Source: a virus | Taxonomy: Duplodnaviria; Heunggongvirae; Uroviricota; Caudoviricetes | IMG/VR virus record: IMGVR_UViG_3300005289_000054 | Length of the DNA: 64,000 nucleotides | Direction: 5' to 3' (one strand) | In this document: positions 19,142 through 28,706 of the stretch, one piece after another | Layout of the letters: each line of letters starts with the position of its first letter | Numbering within the stretch: the first letter of the stretch is position 1 | Translations under genes and position numbers: made by a program | Notes under the pieces: model-generated | Seen by the model: the letters and a program-made list of their open reading frames with translations, nothing else | Database searches by the model: none | Told to the model about the DNA's origin: nothing

Positions 19142-19510
19142 TTAAACGATTCTAACAAAGGATGCAAGAGTATCACGTAAATTTTTAAAATTATCTCTAA
19201 CCGACCCTTCAGGAAGTTTCTTATCAAAATCAATTTCATCAAGATTCTTTGTATCTGCATTCTTAACAAATTTAAGAATCGTTTCTCCTGATTCTACAGA
19301 TAACACCTCAAAACTGTTTAAAGAGAATTTGTCTGTGAAAAATCCAGTCTTAGTTAATTTATAATACATAATAAATTTAATTTCAGGAAATAGTTCATGA
19401 ACAAAATCATTCTTAATCCATTCTGCATCATGACATTTCTTAACTGTCTTTGATGAAACAAAGTTAAAAACCGAGAGCATGTTATAAATGGTGTCTTTAC
19501 TTAATTTCAT
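19142..19510 (-). CDS. hypothetical protein
   Basis: 122 aa. Confidence 0.45.
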   Translation of the reverse strand: MKLSKDTIYNMLSVFNFVSSKTVKKCHDAEWIKNDFVHELFPEIKFIMYYKLTKTGFFTDKFSLNSFEVLSVESGETILKFVKNADTKNLDEIDFDKKLPEGSVRDNFKNLRDTLASFVRIV

Positions 19511-19979
19511 ACTTTTTATCCTCTATCTTCTCAAAATATGTATTCCAAATATTAATACCTAAGTCATCAATGATAGCTTCTTTCATCTCATATTCTGACT
19601 TAAAAACACCAATCTCTTCAGTACAATAAGAGTACTCATTTTCCCTAAATAAAATGTATTGTACAACAGCATCACATTTTAAATTCTTAATATCTTTAGG
19701 AGACTTAACTGTAAGAATTTTATAATCTTTATACAGCTTGACTAATTCTTGATGGGTTAAGATATCCTCTTTAATAATCTTAATAAGACGTACACGATCC
19801 TTTAAACACTCTTCAATATATTTCTGTGCTTCTTCTACATCTTGAAATATTTTTCCATCAAACGTAGTGCACTGATGACCAGTAATAGTCTTTTCATATG
19901 TATATTCATAAGGAAGTTTATACACTAACTTATCCAACTTACCAGATTCAATCACTGGGTTTTCTGTAAGCTCACTCAT
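19497..19979 (-). CDS. hypothetical protein
   Basis: 160 aa. Confidence 0.45.
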   Translation of the reverse strand: MSELTENPVIESGKLDKLVYKLPYEYTYEKTITGHQCTTFDGKIFQDVEEAQKYIEECLKDRVRLIKIIKEDILTHQELVKLYKDYKILTVKSPKDIKNLKCDAVVQYILFRENEYSYCTEEIGVFKSEYEMKEAIIDDLGINIWNTYFEKIEDKKYEIK

Positions 19980-20166
19980 TCTTCATTCTCCAATCTGACA
20001 GCTCATCAACAAACAAACGGTAATACAACACGTTTTCTGCAAAAGGAAAGTTAGTGTACTTTTCCTCTACAACAATATAATTTTCATTAAGATTGATATA
20101 AATAACCTTAGCTATATCACCACGATCTTCAATCATATTTCCAACTTTCAAGTCTTCAATTTTCAT
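19972..20166 (-). CDS. hypothetical protein
   Basis: 64 aa. Confidence 0.4.
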   Translation of the reverse strand: MKIEDLKVGNMIEDRGDIAKVIYINLNENYIVVEEKYTNFPFAENVLYYRLFVDELSDWRMKNE

Positions 20167-20410
20167 ACAACCACCTCACTATAGGTTTAATTCTTCCATA
20201 GGCTTCTTGGATAGACAACCTATAACCACCAACATAATCCTTAACATAATTCAAATCATTTAATGAACACGGTATGAAATAATAAGTTGTGTTTCTTAAA
20301 TCTCCAACCGTGTGGCAATGAATAAGAAATACTCTTTCTTTTGTTTTTGAATCAAATAGCTCTTCCTTAAAAGAATCTCCAATCATTTTATTAAACTTAT
20401 ATAGATTCAC
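20156..20410 (-). CDS. hypothetical protein
   Basis: 84 aa. Confidence 0.4.
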   Translation of the reverse strand: MNLYKFNKMIGDSFKEELFDSKTKERVFLIHCHTVGDLRNTTYYFIPCSLNDLNYVKDYVGGYRLSIQEAYGRIKPIVRWLYEN

Positions 20411-20642
20411 TTTTATTTCCTTTCACCAACTCATCACGCATTTTCAGGAGATCGGTTAGTGTTGTATTTGGAAGATCGCTGTCAATACCAATACCATAAT
20501 AAAGACCACAATCGAACGTATTGATATAAGTATCACTGTTTATCAATTCTTCAAGTAAAGAATAACCCATACTTTCTAATATATCACAAACCGCTTTTAA
20601 GTGGGCAGCATCTGTGATTTCTATTTTCATATTCTTGTACAT
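20397..20642 (-). CDS. hypothetical protein
   Basis: 81 aa. Confidence 0.4.
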   Translation of the reverse strand: MYKNMKIEITDAAHLKAVCDILESMGYSLLEELINSDTYINTFDCGLYYGIGIDSDLPNTTLTDLLKMRDELVKGNKSESI

Positions 20643-20650
20643 ATTTCACC

Positions 20651-20884
20651 TCAATTGTATGGTAAATCAGTGTAATAAAGGTATCTTGAGACATCGATAT
20701 TTTCTACAATAGATTTAATTCTATTTTCTTCTAGATAACCTTCATGTCTTATATCTCCATCGATAACAAGAGCGCAACCCCATCTCATTGTAGTGTTGTA
20801 CAAAATGTGGTCTTCTAAATGCTCTGGTCGAACGTTATTTACGATATAACTTCCACTGTTATAAATACGAATACTAATCGCCAT
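20651..20884 (-). CDS. hypothetical protein
   Basis: 77 aa. Confidence 0.4.
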   Translation of the reverse strand: MAISIRIYNSGSYIVNNVRPEHLEDHILYNTTMRWGCALVIDGDIRHEGYLEENRIKSIVENIDVSRYLYYTDLPYN

Positions 20885-20886
20885 GT

Positions 20887-21186
20887 TTACACCTTATTCC
20901 CATAAACTAATTTACCACATTTAAAGAATGTTAGTTTTTCACAGTCGATTACTCGATAACCTTTTGCAACCATATCATACACTGTTACTTGGTGGTTATT
21001 ATCCTTCCACAATCTGCCAGTACCATTTAACCCTTTCTGAACATCAATACGAGCATTCCATTTACGAATCGTTCCGTCAGGTTTACGAGTAGTAGCAGTA
21101 AAGAAACGACCTTGTGATTTCATAATCATTTGTTTAAGTGTTTTAACCTTACTGTTTGAAACATTGACTTTCATAGCAATCTCCAA
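20887..21186 (-). CDS. hypothetical basic protein
   Basis: 99 aa, rich in K and R. Confidence 0.45.
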   Translation of the reverse strand: MEIAMKVNVSNSKVKTLKQMIMKSQGRFFTATTRKPDGTIRKWNARIDVQKGLNGTGRLWKDNNHQVTVYDMVAKGYRVIDCEKLTFFKCGKLVYGNKV

Positions 21187-21290
21187 TATGTTTTCCTATA
21201 TGCTTAATATACAGACAATAAAAAAAGATGTCAACATTAAGTTAACATCTTTTTAAAATTAATTTATGTTTTATGAATTAACTAAAGTTT

Positions 21291-21755
21291 CTATTTCTTT
21301 CCATCATCTTTTGGATCACCATTTAAATCTTCTTTCATGTCATGCTTAATCTGTTCAAGCTTCATATTAACAATCTGATAAACATCATCTGTACTCTTCT
21401 GAAACTTATCTGATGTCACCACTTGTTGACCAATATAACCAGCAGTCATTAAGTAAACTGTACGTTCATCAGGAATCGCTACAGCAACAACTGCAAACCC
21501 CGTAAATAAACAAAATAAACCAATAAGCGTCTTTTTATAATTGAATAGTATTGGTCGTTCATCCATATCAGCCCAATATAAAAAGGAAACAACAGCAATA
21601 ACTGTTAAAACTATGAGACCTACAATCGCAAATAATCCAAACAACTTTGCAATTCCTGATGATACACTTGCAAACCAAATCAATAATGCTAATTCCATAA
21701 TAAACTCCAAATTTTCAGTATAAAAAAGGAAGAGAGTAAAAGCTCTCTTCCACAC
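21291..21755 (-). CDS. hypothetical integral membrane protein
   Basis: 154 aa with 3-4 predicted TM segments. Its real start may be an internal Met. Confidence 0.45.
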   Translation of the reverse strand: MWKRAFTLFLFYTENLEFIMELALLIWFASVSSGIAKLFGLFAIVGLIVLTVIAVVSFLYWADMDERPILFNYKKTLIGLFCLFTGFAVVAVAIPDERTVYLMTAGYIGQQVVTSDKFQKSTDDVYQIVNMKLEQIKHDMKEDLNGDPKDDGKK

Positions 21756-21758
21756 ATA

Positions 21759-22421
21759 TTACTTAGTTTGTTCAGCTTTTAAAGCTTCAAGACGATCACG
21801 AACACTTAACTTAGCTGTTTCTTTCTCAACGAAATCTACATCATTACCAAGCTTCTCATCGATAATTTCTTTAGCTTCTAATTTGCATTTAGCTTTAGTC
21901 ACACGAGCACGTAAATCTTCAATGCTAAAGGCATTAATTGTTCCATCACCACCTTTCAACTCAAGCATTAGTTTGTAATTCTTTTCTTCCAAATCAAGCT
22001 TATCAATCTCGTCCTTTAATGCTTGAATCTCTTCTTCCATTGAAGATACGTTATTAATAATCTTATCAACAATAGGCTGTAATTGAGCGTTAGAGTTGTT
22101 TAGTGTCTCATTGATCTTCTCAAGACGATCAACTTTCGCTAGAGATTTAAGAGCCTCATCATCTTGACCTAAAGACACTTGTTTTCGAGCAAGCTCTGTT
22201 GCCTTCTCAATTACATAGTTGTTGGCCTCAACCTTAGATTTATTTTCTTGGATTGCTTGTTGTGCTTTAGTAGCACGTGACTTTAGTTCTTTAGATTGCC
22301 CTTCCAACTGTTTAATCAAAGCACCGCCTTCACGTTTAATATCTACTGCACTATCAACAACTTTCTCAATCTTCTCTTCTACAACGTTCTTACCAATTTG
22401 GAATAATTTAAAAAATGACAT
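21759..22421 (-). CDS. PspA/IM30-like coiled-coil protein (tentative)
   Basis: 220 aa. The N-terminus, MSFFKLFQIG..., resembles the PspA MGIFSRFADI start. The protein is long, heptad-rich and charged throughout, and its length matches PspA (about 222 aa). Confidence 0.4.
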   Translation of the reverse strand: MSFFKLFQIGKNVVEEKIEKVVDSAVDIKREGGALIKQLEGQSKELKSRATKAQQAIQENKSKVEANNYVIEKATELARKQVSLGQDDEALKSLAKVDRLEKINETLNNSNAQLQPIVDKIINNVSSMEEEIQALKDEIDKLDLEEKNYKLMLELKGGDGTINAFSIEDLRARVTKAKCKLEAKEIIDEKLGNDVDFVEKETAKLSVRDRLEALKAEQTK

Positions 22422-22445
22422 TTTGTTTCTCCGAGTGTTTTAAAA

Positions 22446-22955
22446 TTAAGTATTACTTTCGAGTAGTCTGTTTATATCGATTGATATGTTGTACTTCCTA
22501 CATGACTCAATAATATCTCCATGTGATTTTAATGTCAATACCAAATTATGAAATTCCTGCATATATTTTTCAGAATCCTTGCAGCGATAGCGACCATCAT
22601 GCGTAACTTTTGTTTTAAGTAAGTTACGAGGGAATTTGTCTGGAAGGTATATATTTCCATATTCACACTGTTTGTATGTAATATAGTAATCCCATTCATC
22701 ATCATCCCTATGTCTTTTGTGATTATTATTAACCTCTACGTGGTAGTTATTATATGGTAGCCCAAAAACAGACACAATAAAATTATAATCCTCTATGTGC
22801 TGATCTCGGAGATATTCTTTATTCAACATACCTCGCAATTTATCACCAATTGAATAAGGGGTAGGTTCTGTTTTTTCCTCTTTATTTGCAACCATCAGGA
22901 TAACAAAAGCCAAGATAGGTAGCATTAGAATAACAACAAACAACCAACTAAACAT
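22446..22955 (-). CDS. hypothetical protein with N-terminal TM anchor
   Basis: 169 aa. Confidence 0.45.
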   Translation of the reverse strand: MFSWLFVVILMLPILAFVILMVANKEEKTEPTPYSIGDKLRGMLNKEYLRDQHIEDYNFIVSVFGLPYNNYHVEVNNNHKRHRDDDEWDYYITYKQCEYGNIYLPDKFPRNLLKTKVTHDGRYRCKDSEKYMQEFHNLVLTLKSHGDIIESCRKYNISIDINRLLESNT

Positions 22956-23173
22956 TACTTATCTCCTTTTGAGTCAGCATCTTCAAACACTTCATACTGA
23001 TCTTCTACAATATTCCAAATAATCAAAATAAACATTAGAAAACAAAATAAAACGATATCTTTTGTTATCCCTGTTATCGCCATGATAAAAGCCACAAACC
23101 CAAGGTTAATTGTTGATCTAGACGAAACTAAATCAATCGTCTTATCTTTAAACTTATTAAGAGTATATTTCAT
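22955..23173 (-). CDS. small membrane protein
   Basis: 72 aa with one or two TM segments. Confidence 0.4.
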   Translation of the reverse strand: MKYTLNKFKDKTIDLVSSRSTINLGFVAFIMAITGITKDIVLFCFLMFILIIWNIVEDQYEVFEDADSKGDK

Positions 23174-23216
23174 AGTGTTCCTCTAGAGGGTGTCTTTGAC
23201 ACCCTGTTACACAGCA

Positions 23217-24020
23217 TTAGTGATTTGTATTCCCTAAACTTTGGAAGTTATGTGGAACAATAATTGTTGAAACTCCACCACGAGATGCAGCAATCTTAAG
23301 AGCCTCTGCTTCTGTTACACGGGCTTGAGCGTTTAATAGGTTTACATACTGAGCGTCAGCTTGCTGTGCTAATACTTTCATCTTCTCTTGCTCAACCTTA
23401 GCAACCTCTAATTCATTCTTTCGTGTCTTAAGGTCTTGCTCACTCTTCAGAATAGCAGCAGATGAAGCTGTAATCTGAGCTGGTGGTGTGATATTAAGAA
23501 TGTTAATCTCATTTACACGAACAAACTTACTCTTACCTTGTTGCTCAAGTTTCTTATTAATAGCATCCTTAATCTCTGACTCAATCTTTGTTCGGTTATC
23601 ATTCACCTCTAAAGCCTTATATCGAGATACAACATCATTAACAGATGACTTAGCAACATATCCAACATAGTGCCCTAACAAGTAAACATCACCATCACTT
23701 GTTGTCATATTTTGAGCTTTCTCAGTTTTGTAAGCAATTGCCGCATTGTCTGGAACAATACCATAGTTTACTTTCATTTGAAAGTCCTGCATAGCAATCT
23801 TTTCTTGAACAATAGGATTGCTATTCACATTTAAAACAAGGTTACGCTTAGACACTTTAATAACATCACCAACCACTGTTTGGTGCAATCCTTGAGTTAA
23901 TACTTTTTCTTCGATTTCACCAGTAAATGTCTCACGAATACCAACTTCAGAGTCCATAACTTTTGTACAACCAGTTACTGACAAACCAACTAAACCTAAA
24001 ACAAATAATCTTTTTAACAT
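23217..24020 (-). CDS. SPFH/band-7 (flotillin/HflK-like) lipoprotein (tentative)
   Basis: A signal peptide with lipobox (LSVTGC), followed by an SPFH-like start (EVGIRETFTGEIEEKVLTQGLHQ) and a C-terminal coiled coil. The start was taken as the MLKRLF Met. Confidence 0.45.
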   Translation of the reverse strand: MLKRLFVLGLVGLSVTGCTKVMDSEVGIRETFTGEIEEKVLTQGLHQTVVGDVIKVSKRNLVLNVNSNPIVQEKIAMQDFQMKVNYGIVPDNAAIAYKTEKAQNMTTSDGDVYLLGHYVGYVAKSSVNDVVSRYKALEVNDNRTKIESEIKDAINKKLEQQGKSKFVRVNEINILNITPPAQITASSAAILKSEQDLKTRKNELEVAKVEQEKMKVLAQQADAQYVNLLNAQARVTEAEALKIAASRGGVSTIIVPHNFQSLGNTNH

Positions 24021-24041
24021 ATAACTCTCCAATAATTAAAA

Positions 24042-24416
24042 TTAATCTACATACTTAACAAATACAGCACAAGGGCCATAATCTGTATCATGAATACTCA
24101 CAAGGAAATAATCCTTTGTTGGGGGTTTTGGATTCCATTGACTTAAAGCCCATACCCAATTTTCTGTCTCGTAGAATTCAACAGTTAACTCTTCATCTGC
24201 ATCGTCTTCAAACATAATTACTGCTGTTTGAATTCCTTCACCATTTAAGGCTTCATACCAGACGTCATTAGGAATTAGCTCACTATCTCCAAAACAATCT
24301 AGGAACTTCGACCAAGTCTTGTTTGAATAAAATCCATACTCATCCCTAATAACAGGCATAGGAATAATGTTCCTGCTCGGAAGAACAACCTCTTTAATAG
24401 CTTCTATATTAATCAC
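24042..24416 (-). CDS. hypothetical protein
   Basis: 124 aa. Confidence 0.45.
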   Translation of the reverse strand: MINIEAIKEVVLPSRNIIPMPVIRDEYGFYSNKTWSKFLDCFGDSELIPNDVWYEALNGEGIQTAVIMFEDDADEELTVEFYETENWVWALSQWNPKPPTKDYFLVSIHDTDYGPCAVFVKYVD

Positions 24417-24678
24417 ATTTTTTATCCTTTCGATTCTTAATCTTCTTAAGAATATATTGTGAAATCCAATCTGTCAACAACTTTAATAAATAAATTAATA
24501 AGACTAGAAATGAAGCAGGAACAACAATAACCCAACCAATAGCTGCCATAGCTACAATAAACCAAAACCAAAGCGGTTCTTCCTTTCTGCTCTCTGCAAG
24601 ACCATCAAAGAAATTACAAAGAACATTTGCAATTGTACCAAACACTAAAAATGCCAAACACATACTAAAAATTAACAT
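24409..24678 (-). CDS. small membrane protein
   Basis: 89 aa with 2-3 TM segments. Confidence 0.4.
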   Translation of the reverse strand: MLIFSMCLAFLVFGTIANVLCNFFDGLAESRKEEPLWFWFIVAMAAIGWVIVVPASFLVLLIYLLKLLTDWISQYILKKIKNRKDKKCD

Positions 24679-24847
24679 TCTAAAAACCTCCTAATTCCCT
24701 ATAATATCCAACGAAATGTTAGTATAAACTACAATACCAGACACCCCAAATCCTAAAATTAAATGTGTCCACCAAGGAAAACTATTCATATAAAATATGG
24801 AAGCTAATAATAGGTACATAACAAATAAAGTTAAATTAATTATGAAT

Positions 24848-25078
24848 CTAACCATCGCAACCTCCTTCTAATAATGCAATTTCAATGACTCCCTGCAAGT
24901 CATAATCAAAACAATTTAAAGAATCAAATAACTTGTCGTTAATAAAAACTCTCCAAACGCTATATGGCTCATCACAATCGGGTGCATATTCAACAGCATG
25001 TGAAATATACGTTTTATCATCTACTATAATCAAATCACCATTAAAAGACACATTCATTGTAATAGCTTGACTATTCAT
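24848..25078 (-). CDS. hypothetical protein
   Basis: 76 aa. Confidence 0.4.
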   Translation of the reverse strand: MNSQAITMNVSFNGDLIIVDDKTYISHAVEYAPDCDEPYSVWRVFINDKLFDSLNCFDYDLQGVIEIALLEGGCDG

Positions 25079-25275
25079 TAATTCAACTCCGTTTGTTCAA
25101 CATCGTATATAACATCTTCATGGACATTTTTACTATTTAACCATTGAGCTTCACATTTAGCTTCTCGTAATGTTCCATAGGCTGAAATAATTTCAGTTTC
25201 AGTAATATATTTTTCATCACCATAGCTTGTATAACATTCAACATCCTTATATTCCACTACAATAAAAATTTTCAT
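25078..25275 (-). CDS. hypothetical acidic protein
   Basis: 65 aa. Confidence 0.4.
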   Translation of the reverse strand: MKIFIVVEYKDVECYTSYGDEKYITETEIISAYGTLREAKCEAQWLNSKNVHEDVIYDVEQTELN

Positions 25276-25283
25276 AGCCTACC

Positions 25284-25703
25284 TCAAAACGGATTAATAT
25301 TTGTATTTAACCAAACAATATTACCATCAACATGGTAACCATCTACAGCGTGTTGTGATGATAAAGACGGACAAAGAGTGACATAAAAAATATCACCATC
25401 TTCGTATTCGTATTCACCACCCTTATAACCCTCATGAACTTCATCTAGTTTTTCATAAATCATATTATGAAGTTCAAGTCCTGAAATCTCTTCTTCATCA
25501 GCCAAGATTGCAGGAATATTATAACTACCGCGCCAGCTAATTATTGTGTATGGACTATAGTTAGTATCAATAAATTTAAATATTTTATCGTGGTACTTTA
25601 GCCCTAATTCTGCTAATTCAAATAAACTATAAAAGTCTTTAAGTTCTTCTTCGTCAACAAGACTTTCATCATATTCAAAATTGTTAATTGAAACGTAACT
25701 CAT
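25284..25703 (-). CDS. hypothetical protein
   Basis: Track ORF 25284-25760. The start was moved to the MSYVSINN Met, which is preceded by GGAGAATTAAAATG. Confidence 0.45.
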   Translation of the reverse strand: MSYVSINNFEYDESLVDEEELKDFYSLFELAELGLKYHDKIFKFIDTNYSPYTIISWRGSYNIPAILADEEEISGLELHNMIYEKLDEVHEGYKGGEYEYEDGDIFYVTLCPSLSSQHAVDGYHVDGNIVWLNTNINPF

Positions 25704-25704
25704 T

Positions 25705-26070
25705 TTAATTCTCCAACGGTATGTGAAAATTTCCATAATCAAATGTTCGCCATAGATCATTTTCTATTTTTCTATGTGCAAAACCAATACTTTTATTCCC
25801 ACCAACAATAGGGAATGTATTATCAAAGTACATGTACTTAAATGGTAGAAATCCAGAACGACTAGAAGTTCCAATTTTCAGACTTGATTCATTTTTAAAC
25901 CAAAGTATTTGATAAATCTGACTATCAACTTCAAATTGAATTGTTCTTGAATAATCATAGTCTTTATGAAAATTAACATACTCTGAATTAATTCCATAAT
26001 CTTTCAAAAAATTAACAATTTTTTCAAGACCTTGTTCATCATCTGATAAATCTATATACCTATGACTCAT
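25705..26070 (-). CDS. hypothetical protein
   Basis: Track ORF 25705-26097. The start was moved to the MSHRYIDL Met, which is preceded by GGAGATTTAAAATG. Confidence 0.45.
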   Translation of the reverse strand: MSHRYIDLSDDEQGLEKIVNFLKDYGINSEYVNFHKDYDYSRTIQFEVDSQIYQILWFKNESSLKIGTSSRSGFLPFKYMYFDNTFPIVGGNKSIGFAHRKIENDLWRTFDYGNFHIPLEN

Positions 26071-26084
26071 TTTAAATCTCCAAT

Positions 26085-26117
26085 AAAAAAAGAACACAAG
26101 TATTAACTCATGTCCTT
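26085..26117 (-). terminator. rho-independent terminator (copy 2, 24 nt identical to the element at 13421)
   Basis: On the minus strand, AAGGACA-loop-TGTTCTT is followed by TTTTTTT. Confidence 0.5.
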
Positions 26118-26156
26118 ATAGTAATTGATTGAGATTTAGTTGTCAAATATTATTTA

Positions 26157-26438
26157 TCACCCAGCATTAAATGAAGCTAGAACTACTCCTGACTCAACAT
26201 CCTCACTTGTTATTCCAATCAATTCTACTTCAACAAGATTAGGATGACACCATGCAGATGAATTGCACTGCTCATAAGACCCGTCTGAGTAAAGAAAATT
26301 CCAACTAGAATTCTTCCAAATATAATGTGGACTAGGAGACATCACACGAGCGTCTTCTTCTGATTCAGCGTAGCATACAAAGCTATCGTAAGTATCATAA
26401 CCGTTATTTTCATCTTGACTTACTAAGTATATGTTCAT
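26157..26438 (-). CDS. hypothetical protein
   Basis: 93 aa. Confidence 0.45.
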   Translation of the reverse strand: MNIYLVSQDENNGYDTYDSFVCYAESEEDARVMSPSPHYIWKNSSWNFLYSDGSYEQCNSSAWCHPNLVEVELIGITSEDVESGVVLASFNAG

Positions 26439-27104
26439 TTAAACAACTCCAATAACTTCTTCTAAAAATGGGAAGTGTTTTAAAATTTCTTTCTTAGCCT
26501 TACGAGCAACATCAACTACCTCCTTCTGAGCAACACCCTCATCGTCTCGAACGTTAATGAAATGCAACCATGAACGAACCGTACCATTCATATACATCCG
26601 ACTCATTGTTAAACCTTCAGGTAAAATTGTACGAGCAACTTCTTTAGCAACACCACAGTCTAAAGCATGCTGATAATTTTTAGTAACAACATCTAAAACT
26701 TCCTTTTGCATCACACTCCACACATGATTTAAATCTTCATCAAATGAATCTAAACTGTTCTGACGATTCTTTTCATCTTGCAAACGACACTCACGAGTAA
26801 TGAAGTTTGTTGATTGTGCATAACGTTGACTAAACTCTTGGAAAGAGAATGAACGGTGACGTAAGATTTGACGAGCAATATCACGTGGTGTTTCAATCTC
26901 CATGACAATATTTACCGTTTCAAAAACTGAATAGTGTTTATGTTTTACGCAATAAGCTAATAATTTCCCTGCTGTATCAAAACTTGTTTGATTACTTGGA
27001 TTAGATACACGTGCAGCATAACTTAAAATCCCTTCACTATCTGGAATATAATCAACAGTTGGGGTAGTTACACCAATCACTTGTACTTTATTAAAATCAA
27101 ACAT
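26439..27104 (-). CDS. thyX: flavin-dependent thymidylate synthase ThyX
   Basis: The ThyX signature RHRSFSFQEFSQRY is present. The start was taken as the MFDFNKVQVIG Met. Confidence 0.65.
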   Translation of the reverse strand: MFDFNKVQVIGVTTPTVDYIPDSEGILSYAARVSNPSNQTSFDTAGKLLAYCVKHKHYSVFETVNIVMEIETPRDIARQILRHRSFSFQEFSQRYAQSTNFITRECRLQDEKNRQNSLDSFDEDLNHVWSVMQKEVLDVVTKNYQHALDCGVAKEVARTILPEGLTMSRMYMNGTVRSWLHFINVRDDEGVAQKEVVDVARKAKKEILKHFPFLEEVIGVV

Positions 27105-27513
27105 CTTTTTCTCCTTTGTGTCTTGAATATTTACCGTGTTTATAATTATAACAACTTTCACCAATTTGATGTAAGCCAGTATTTACAGCATGTTGTGTAT
27201 TTTCCGAATAAGTAACCCATTCTAAATTATCTAGAGAGTTATTCAACTTATTACCATCTATATGATTCACACACTTCTTACCTTCTGGATTATCAATAAA
27301 AACTTCCGCTAGTAGTCTATGTACATAGTATAATTTACGTTTACCTCCAATTGATAACCCAATTCTTTTATACCCATTGGTTTCAACATACGCTTTAACT
27401 ATTTTACCATTTGAACCCTGACTAATGATTAATTTCCTAACTTCTCCGTTTTGATTTATCCCATATGAACCATTTAAAGATTCAATTGGGATAAATTCTT
27501 TTGTTAAACTCAC
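27097..27513 (-). CDS. HNH homing endonuclease
   Basis: A NUMOD4-like N-terminus (NGSYGINQNGEVR) and an HNH_3 motif, NHIDGNKLNNSLDNLEWVT. Confidence 0.6.
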   Translation of the reverse strand: MSLTKEFIPIESLNGSYGINQNGEVRKLIISQGSNGKIVKAYVETNGYKRIGLSIGGKRKLYYVHRLLAEVFIDNPEGKKCVNHIDGNKLNNSLDNLEWVTYSENTQHAVNTGLHQIGESCYNYKHGKYSRHKGEKDV

Positions 27514-27710
27514 ATTTCACCCCATAATTCAAGTCGTTGCTTTAATACTTCTTGATAACCTTCCATATACTCAAACTGATCCTCAAGAAGTAGGAATTGT
27601 ATTGGGGTAATAAAATCAGGTCTATCTCCATCTAATAAGATTCTCAACTTATCAATCTTATTTGTTAATTCATTTAATTCTTCAATAACTCTATCTTTTG
27701 CTTCACTCAC
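27510..27710 (-). CDS. hypothetical protein
   Basis: 66 aa. Confidence 0.4.
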   Translation of the reverse strand: MSEAKDRVIEELNELTNKIDKLRILLDGDRPDFITPIQFLLLEDQFEYMEGYQEVLKQRLELWGEM

Positions 27711-28021
27711 TTTTTATCCTCACTAAAGCCCTTATAATTACTATTTATATCTTTCAAAATTTCTTGCTTCCATAGATTCAATTCCCAATATAATTCACTA
27801 TATTCAGCTTGAATGACTCTCAAAGCATCAATATCATCCATTGTAGATAAACCAAGAACACTTGTTTTACGAATCACCTGAAGTTCATCAGTTTCATCTA
27901 TCTTTCTATGATTTAGAATCCTGTGAAATTTTACAGACTTTTCTGTAACTTCTTCAATCAAACCAATAGAAAAAGGATGATCTAAACGAAACGCTCCATA
28001 AATTACAATCATTCCTTTCAT
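27707..28021 (-). CDS. hypothetical protein
   Basis: 104 aa. Confidence 0.4.
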   Translation of the reverse strand: MKGMIVIYGAFRLDHPFSIGLIEEVTEKSVKFHRILNHRKIDETDELQVIRKTSVLGLSTMDDIDALRVIQAEYSELYWELNLWKQEILKDINSNYKGFSEDKK

Positions 28022-28203
28022 TCAATCTCCCAATATTCATGTTTCGTTTCATCAAATTTAAATGAATGGTGTTCAAATAAATTAAGAAGTTCATTTTCAT
28101 AATTCTTATAGTTGATGTTTTCATAATCTTCTAAAGTAATACACCAACCTTCCCAACGATAACGAAAATCTCCACCATCTAAGACTTTTATTAAATCAGT
28201 CAT
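28018..28203 (-). CDS. hypothetical protein
   Basis: Track ORF 28018-28290. The start was moved to the ATG at 28203, which is preceded by a GAGGAAG RBS. Confidence 0.4.
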   Translation of the reverse strand: MTDLIKVLDGGDFRYRWEGWCITLEDYENINYKNYENELLNLFEHHSFKFDETKHEYWEIE

Positions 28204-28204
28204 T

Positions 28205-28519
28205 CTAATCTTCCTCATCGTCTTTTGGATAAGCTCTATTGTAAAGTTCTGGATATTCTTTTTGAAAAAACAATGCAGCATTAAAAGCAAAACTCAACCT
28301 ACTCTCCTCTCCATGAGGATAAGAACTAGTTTGCTTAATATAACATTGGGTGTTTTCAACTAAAATAGCTTGCATTACATACAACCCATCCAATTGATAA
28401 AAACCGACTTTAGCAATACAACCATTTTTATTATATAACAACCAAAACTCTTCAATATCCACATCGTCTAATAGGTAATAATCTAAGGGATTTCCTTTTG
28501 TTTTTACTAGCTTACTCAT
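28205..28519 (-). CDS. hypothetical protein
   Basis: Track ORF 28205-28606. The start was moved to the MSKLVKTKG Met. The upstream part of the track ORF overlaps the neighbouring gene. Confidence 0.4.
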   Translation of the reverse strand: MSKLVKTKGNPLDYYLLDDVDIEEFWLLYNKNGCIAKVGFYQLDGLYVMQAILVENTQCYIKQTSSYPHGEESRLSFAFNAALFFQKEYPELYNRAYPKDDEED

Positions 28520-28706
28520 CTTCTTCTTCCTTTTCAAATGTAAAACCATAAGAAATAACATTATCCATCTTATACCAATGATCATCAAAATCACTAGGTT
28601 TAACATTGATACCTAGTTGTTTATTTAAATGATCACAAAAGATAAACTGAGCATCTTTATAGACAGCTTTGTATTCATCAAAATCAATATATGTACGTTC
28701 TCTCAC
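28512..28706 (-). CDS. hypothetical acidic protein
   Basis: 64 aa. Confidence 0.4.
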   Translation of the reverse strand: MRERTYIDFDEYKAVYKDAQFIFCDHLNKQLGINVKPSDFDDHWYKMDNVISYGFTFEKEEEDE

